Below are positions 47,168-64,000 of a DNA stretch of 64,000 bases, piece by piece. Source of the stretch: the human T2T-CHM13v2.0 reference genome, Homo sapiens; assembly GCF_009914755.1 (NCBI RefSeq), contig NC_060947.1; one strand, given 5' to 3'. A program made the translations under genes and the position numbers. Within the stretch, counting starts at the first letter, position 1; each line of letters starts with the position of its first letter. The notes under the pieces are model-generated. The model was not told where the DNA came from. It did no database searches and saw only the letters and a program-made list of their open reading frames with translations.

Positions 47168-47640
47168 TGTATTTGGTAGGCAAAATAAGTACCCTCCAAA
47201 GATGTCCAGGAACTCATCCCTGGAACCTGTGAACATGTGAGACGACAAGGCAAGGGAGGAAATGAGTTGGAAGGTGCTAATGACAGGTACCAATCAGCTG
47301 ACCTGAAACATGGATATTATCTTGGGTTAACTCTGGGGGAGTCCAGTGGAATCCCAAGGGTCTTTCTAAGTGTAAAAGAGGCAGGAGAAAGGAACCAGAA
47401 AGACAGCCACATGAGAAGGATCCGACCCCAAAAATGCTGGCTTTTAAGATGGAGAAAGAGGCCATGAGACAAGGAATGGTGGGAGCTTTCAGAGTCTGAA
47501 AAACACAAGAAAACAGCTCCTCCCCTACAACCCCCAGAAGGGACACTGCCCCACTGCCATCTTGATTTTTAACACAAAGACACTCATTCTAGACTTTACA
47601 CTGAAACTATAGAACTGCAGGGCAATAAGTGTATGTTTTT
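47168..47640 (+). mobile_element. MLT1 (MaLR) LTR
   Basis: ccctccaaagatgtcc...atccctggaacctgtgaa, gattatcttggg, catcttgatttt motifs. Confidence 0.7.
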
Positions 47641-47669
47641 ATTTTTAATTCCAAAAATTTCACTAACTT

Positions 47670-48038
47670 ATTTTAATTGACGAACTTAAATGGTATATAC
47701 TGTCTACACCAGGTTGCTTTGAAATATGTGTACATCGTGAAATAGCTACACCGAGCTAGTTGAAATTTGCATTACTTCATCTAAGTATAATTTTCTTTGT
47801 GGTGAGAACTCTTAAAATCTACCCTCTTAGCAATCCTTAAAAATATAATACTATCATTATCTGTTGTCACCATGTTTTACAATAGAGCTCTTGAACTTCT
47901 CCTGTCTAACTGAAATTTGTACGCTTTGGCCAACATCTTCCCAGCCTTCCACCTCCCCCAGCTCCTGGTAACCATCATTCTATTCTCTGTTTCTGTGAGT
48001 TCAACTGTTCTAGATTCCATATAGAAGTGAGATAATGC
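47670..48038 (-). mobile_element. L1MA 3' end fragment
   Basis: gtggtgagaactcttaaaatctac ... ttctagattccatatagaagtgagataatgcag. Confidence 0.65.
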
Positions 48039-48039
48039 A

Positions 48040-48333
48040 GCCAGGCTCAGTGGCTCATGCCTGTAATCCCAACAATTTGGGAGGCTGAGGTGGAAGTATC
48101 ACTTGAAGCCAGGAATTTGAGATCGGCCTGGGCAACACAGGGAGACTTCATTTCTAAAAAGAATATATATTTTAGCTGGGCATGGTGTGCACACCTGTGT
48201 TATCAGACACTCTGAAGGCTGAGGTGGGAGGATCGCTCGAGCCCAAAAGGTCAAGATTGCGGTGAGCAATGATCACACCACTGCACTCTGGCTGGGCCAG
48301 AGCGAGACAATATCTCTAAAGAAAAAAAAAAAA
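48040..48333 (+). mobile_element. AluJ
   Basis: Dimer with A tail. Confidence 0.88.
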
Positions 48334-49540
48334 ATGTGACTTCAAGTACACAGTTGCTCACTTTATAGTAAGGGGTGACATAAATATCAATTGTTCCACC
48401 ACTAAGTACATTTTGGCCTCTTTCTCATCCTTCCACTATAGAAGAAATAGTCAGGTAGCCCAGTATGTACAACAGAACTTGCACATGGACCTCCGCAGTG
48501 CTTCTTTTGCCTCTGTAACTACTGAAAGAGATCTCAAAAAAGGATCTTCTTAGAAACTTGAAGTAGTACTTAGGAGTACTTATTAGTACCAACACACGCT
48601 TTGGGTAAAAGGAAAATCCTTTAAGAAAATGCAAACTTTAGGAATGAAATGCTCCCCACAGGGACTCACTTATTCCTGTATAAGTGATTATAGGCAGAAA
48701 AACACTATCTGAATGAACTTGCTTTTTTTCTTAAACTTGGAAAACCTAGAAAAAATAAGAGTGGTATATAGGGGCCAATTAAAATAAAAAGCACAAGGAA
48801 AAATGAGAGGAAGTCGCTCCTCTCCCTCCAATGGGAGTATTATGTTTTGAACAATTCATGAATGGAATTTCAGAAACTCAGCAAAAGAATACATTTAACT
48901 GACTTACTCCAAATATATTCTGAATTTCATATTTACTAAATAGTTTCCAAATGAACATTTTTTTACATGCTGTTACATGTAAAATTCCTTTTACATGTAA
49001 AAACGTGTACATCTTTTTAACATGTTTTTACATGCAAAAATATATTTTTAAACATGTTGTTACATGTTGTTATATGTTGTTACATGTGAAAACATTAACA
49101 TTAAAAAAAGGAAAGGTAGGTGAATTCATCATTCAAGTTTTTAGATGCAGGTATACTTAAACTTCCACATAATCCGTGAATATTAAACTGGAAAAACAAA
49201 GCACTCTACATAATTTAACTTGCCACAGATGTGAAATAATTGTAAGCATACATAAATGTTAACAAAATATTTTCAATCAATGCTAAGGGGAGGTATCATT
49301 GAATGATGGACCAAAACAAACTAAATGTCATTTTGATGTCTGTGGAAATGACATACCCACAAACCAGTGGCTCAGCACTGATATTAATGTATCTTGCTCA
49401 GTTGCCTTAATTATTTATAGTAGTTTAATTTTTTCAAGAACACAGATGTTAAGGTATTTTTAATAATTTTGATATGGCCATAGAGTATATCTATTTTTTG
49501 AAGTCCTACTTTCATTGGAATTGCCTCTTTATCCTAATGA

Positions 49541-50273
<733 letters not shown>

Positions 50274-50411
50274 CTGTTTCAAAAAAAAATTTAAGTAACT
50301 GTGATACACATTTCTGCAAATAAAATATTCCAGTGCTTACATCAATCCTGAGTTTTTAAACTTAAATATGCACTACTTACAGTTCTGACACGATTCTTTT
50401 TAAAAACACGG

Positions 50412-59326
<8,915 letters not shown>

Positions 59327-60271
59327 TCAAACTAAGTAAGCTAAGGAAACAGGATATGTGAAAGGAGAGCCAACGGGATCTCGGATTCAAGAAAGGGTGG
59401 GGCTGGCCCACCCCGTGTATCCTGTGGGAGCAGGAGGGGTCGGAGAAGATGCCAGTGTCCCCTCCTATCCTTCGTGGCCCGTCCAGCCCGTCCCTGGGGC
59501 TGGCTGCAGAACTCACAGCTGCCTCGCACACCTGAATGGCCCCTGCAGGATCCTTGCGGTGTCCCTGGGACAGAGTTCAGCCCTGCCCCTGTGTGCCCCA
59601 GAGACCTGCGTGGCCCGGAGGACCACGGGTGTCACAGGACCTCCCCAGCCATCTCTGGGGGAATGTCAGGGGCTGCACTGCCACTTGCCTGCCTGGATGC
59701 CCAGGTGACCCCTCGTGACCCCAAGTGTCCTGTCCTGACGGGCGGCCGGGCTGGAGGGACCCACTCGAACTGTCCCCCACAACACCCCTGCTTGTCGCCT
59801 CCCCACACACTCCGCCCCTCCTCCTCCCCTTCCCCCATCCCCTCACCCCACGAACCCCACACCCCTCCCCTCCCCTGCCCCCATCCCTGGCCCCACACCC
59901 GGCCCCTGCCTGTCTGCCACTTCCCCGACCCTCCACCCTCTGCCACCACCCCTCCCTTGCTCCCCTCTCCACCCCCTCCATTCCCCCAAGCCCCCCTCCC
60001 CTGCCCCACCCCTACCCACTGCACACATGCACAAGTCCCGGGGACACTCCTGGGCCCTGGGGATCACTCAGGTGTCTCCAGCTCCCTCCCTGCCCTGGCC
60101 CATCCCAGCCCACCCTCAGGGCCTCGCCCTGACCCAGGCCCCAGGCAACGATGCCAGGGCCATTTCCTGCTTTGAAAACCTGGGGCCTCTTAGCACGTGC
60201 ATGGTGGACTCCAAAGCCAAGAAGGGGCCAGGGGTCTCGGGCTGCCCGTGTGCAGGTCAGCCGGCCGCTCA

Positions 60272-60413
60272 GCGCTTCACACCCTGGTTGCGAGAGGGCA
60301 GCATGCTCGACTTCCTGCCTCCCTACCGCGAGCGCTTCACCTGCGCTTCACACCCTGGTTGCGAGAGGGCCGCATGCTCGACTTCCTGCCTCCCCACCGC
60401 GAGCGCTTCACCT
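60272..60413. repeat. 2 x 71-bp CpG-rich tandem repeat
   Basis: gcgcttcacaccctggttgcgagagggc...gcgagcgcttcacct at 60272 and 60343. Confidence 0.9.
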
Positions 60414-60510
60414 GAGGGACCCCTGATGCCGCTTCCTCACAGAACCTGCAGGCACTGGCACCACGACGCTCTCTTAGAAAAATGGGTCCTCAGTTCTCGC
60501 GAGAGCAGCT
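60412..60510 (-). other. FAM9A: Probable non-coding exon 1 of FAM9A (boundaries uncertain)
   Basis: CpG-rich segment just downstream of promoter motifs; candidate donors TCT|GTGAGG (60441) and CAG|GTGAAG (60412). Confidence 0.5.
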
Positions 60511-60570
60511 GCCCTGGCTATCCACGCTCCTCTCTGATTGGTCAGCTAAGTGCGCATGCGCATGCGGGTG
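60495..60570 (-). promoter_or_regulatory. FAM9A promoter: BANP/ZBTB33-type TCTCGCGAGA, NF-Y CCAAT box and NRF1 site
   Basis: TCTCGCGAGA 60495-60504; CCAAT on the minus strand 60537-60541; TGCGCATGCGCA 60551-60562. Confidence 0.75.
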
Positions 60571-60600
60571 AAGGACCTTGGGGGCCACGACCCCTGCTGA

Positions 60601-61212
<612 letters not shown>

Positions 61213-61806
61213 ATACCCAAAGTCGTGTCTTTAAAGGCATCAACTGTATGATGTATAGTTGTTTCCAAGAAATGATGACTAAAAGGTACTGATTGAGAAA
61301 CTTTTGTCATTTCTTTCTTCAAAAAAAGTCAACTAGTTTCCTGCTAGTTCTTGCCACTTAAGTTAGCCATAGAAATCCCAGGAGTGACCATCAGGTTGTC
61401 AAAGGCCTTTCTTCTTGTTGCTGTAAGGTTGACCTGCTGATAGTAACAGATACACCCCACTCTCGGTTATTTCAGGATCAAGTAGATCCATTGGCCATGG
61501 AGTGATGGTCTTTTCAAGTCAGGCTATTTTGAGAGGTAATAAAATATTCGTGTACTTTAATTTATTTCCTTTTGTACTTGCTTGTTTTAAAATACAGTTC
61601 TGCACATAAATATTTTTGACAAGATGAACAATATAGATCTATTTTGTCACATTACAAAACAAACAAATTATTAAGATAAGTCAACAATGACTGTAAGTAG
61701 AACATTGTATTTCGTTATTAATTTTCATTAGATTTCCAAAACATTTTTCTGTATAACATATTCAGATATTTTGAATTCAGCAATGCAGTCAGATGTTTCA
61801 TGTAAG

Positions 61807-62135
<329 letters not shown>

Positions 62136-62379
62136 TTATGTGATGATTATCTGAATTGTTTCTTTTTTCTTTGCTTTTATTCTACATGGGTATTACTTCA
62201 CTTGTTTTAAAGAGTTGTGTGTTCATAATAAAGGCTCCCTTTTCTACATAGTTGGTCTTCCCTTCTTCCCTCAACATTTTAAAAAAAATTCTACAAAATC
62301 TACACAATCAACATTCTTCCTTTGGATTTAAGCTGAATTATTAATTTCTTCCCAACATTACAGTTTTTCAGCAGCTGGG

Positions 62380-62770
62380 AAATGGAACCAAATGATGTTT
62401 AATTCTCCCAGCAGTGATGTGAGGAAACCTGCACAGAACATTGCTGCCCAGGGAGCTCCCCCAAGCCTGACATCCAGTGTGGTTTTGGGAGCATGTAGGC
62501 ATGGCCGACTGTCTGCATGACCGAAATTAGTCACCAGCCCCTCCAGAGGTCAAGACTGATACAGGTGGCCCAAAGCCCCCACTATAAATCATCAGCATTA
62601 ACTGTCTAGCATGACTCAAAGCTCCAGGTAAACAAACACGTTATGATCAGGCAGGATATTCCAAGGGTTTAGAGGTTATCCCCTGGAAGGCTGTCAAAGA
62701 ACAGACCTTTCTTTGGAAAGTGCAGGGTTTGGACAACACAGACCTGCTGAGCTAACCTACTACTGCACTC
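62380..62770. mobile_element. MER21-like LTR fragment
   Basis: caggcaggatattccaagggtttagagg ... gacctgctgagctaacc. Confidence 0.5.
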
Positions 62771-63932
62771 TCAAAGAGTGGCTCATTCAGCTGTTATTCT
62801 GAGTTCTCTCTCTCTCTCTCTCTCTCTCTCTTCCTAAAAAGTTCAGATCCTTGTGGATGGAAAATCTGGGAAACACAGCACTCACTGTAAACACACCATG
62901 CCTAGAATTCGGCTCCTCTTCAACAACGCGGGCTTTTGAACTGGGTCGAAGTCACTATGCCAGGATGACATTTTTTTACCTTAGAATGAATTCCCCCCAG
63001 GTGGCTCCTCATCCTCCAGGTATACAAGGCTCCTGGATGACCCATGGCCTCCACGGGGCACACCGGAGTCTGAATCACAGCTGATTTTCTGGATTGTCCT
63101 TGGACTCATCAGGATGATTCCACATCTTCCAAATTCTAGATATCCTGATATCGCAATATTTTTTATCCCTGTTTCTTAATGAAAGGGTAAATGGAGGTAG
63201 AGGTGTTTCTCAACAACCTGCAACAACACATTTTTCTTTCAATTATTCAGTACTTAATTGGAAATCAGAGCCCCTTTCTAATGTATCGATAACATTGGGA
63301 ATTGATGACTATTGTGTAGTTGTACTTAATCTACACCATGCTAATTGCTAACATGGGCTATGGAGGCAGCAGAGCGTCAGATGACAACATATGCACTTCT
63401 CTCCCCGTCTGCCCAAAGCTCCTGGTAACTGTCAAATGAGCAGAGGACAGGGGAAACAATAGGAATATTTTAAAACTGTGGTTTTCAGGATGGGAATGTA
63501 TTACTATCATACAACCTAATTATTTCCTTACTTTGTCTATATTGTTGTATATTACCCAAGCTTCAGAGCTGTCAGGGCAAACCTCAAAGATGAGGAACCA
63601 GCTGGCAGGTAAAAAGCAAAACAAAAACAGCCCGTTGCTCAATGACTAGGATTTTTAGTTCAATTACATTTCCTTGCCATCTAAATAGCCAGATGCAATG
63701 ACCCATAGATAGAGCCAGTGTAGAAAATAGTTCAGCCTAACATAATAATGTCTAAAGGAGTTAGTAATTGTTCTACTCAATTTGTTTCAGCCATTCTATT
63801 GGAATTCCTATTAATTGGAATTGATGGTAAGTATATGGAATGTCATGTAGTGAAACAAACAACCTATTTAGAGCACACCAAGTTTCATGGACAACAAGTA
63901 ACAAATCACTTTTTAAAAATCAATACCAACCA

Positions 63933-64000
63933 GGCCAGGTGTGGTGACTCACACCTGTAATCCTAACACTTTGGAGGCTGAGGTGGGAGGATTGCTTGAG
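63933..64000 (+). mobile_element. Alu start, cut by the window edge
   Basis: ggccaggtgtggtgactcacacctgtaatcc. Confidence 0.85.

Noticed and set aside
50305-50325. Alternative acceptor TTTATTTGCAG|AAA at 50313 for the last FAM9A exon
   Set aside because: It would leave only a 67-nt intron and the AG is not conserved in the duplicate (TTTGCAAA). The 50273 acceptor matches the SYCP3-homologous boundary.

Overview
Human/primate genomic DNA with no prokaryotic features. I recognise it as Xp22.31, next to ANOS1/KAL1, from the FAM9A protein. One intact gene is present: testis-expressed, SYCP3/Cor1-related FAM9A on the minus strand, with 8 coding exons reconstructed from GT-AG sites (999 nt = 332 aa + stop) and a CpG promoter at ~60.5 kb. 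There is also a DRAXIN processed pseudogene (41.7-43.7 kb), a full-length inactive L1PA7/8, a truncated MER50 ERV, solo or partial LTRs, DNA-transposon MITEs including a MER85, and about 17 Alu/FLAM copies. Main discovery: an old duplicate of the FAM9A 3' end at 24.55-27.15 kb, on the same strand. Its last two exons are still open, in frame and spliceable, and encode a complete SYCP3-like C-terminus (...KKEITVFQSKTVSET|LQQELALMQLSLQSLLF*) that FAM9A has lost to a stop codon and frameshifts. The equivalent exon differs ~44% between the two copies versus ~13% in the adjacent intron, which suggests positive selection. A second notable structure is three L1-type insertions (polyadenylated LTR7, L1PB, DRAXIN mRNA) stacked at essentially one site. 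Repeat subfamily names and reference protein sequences are from memory and were not database-checked.
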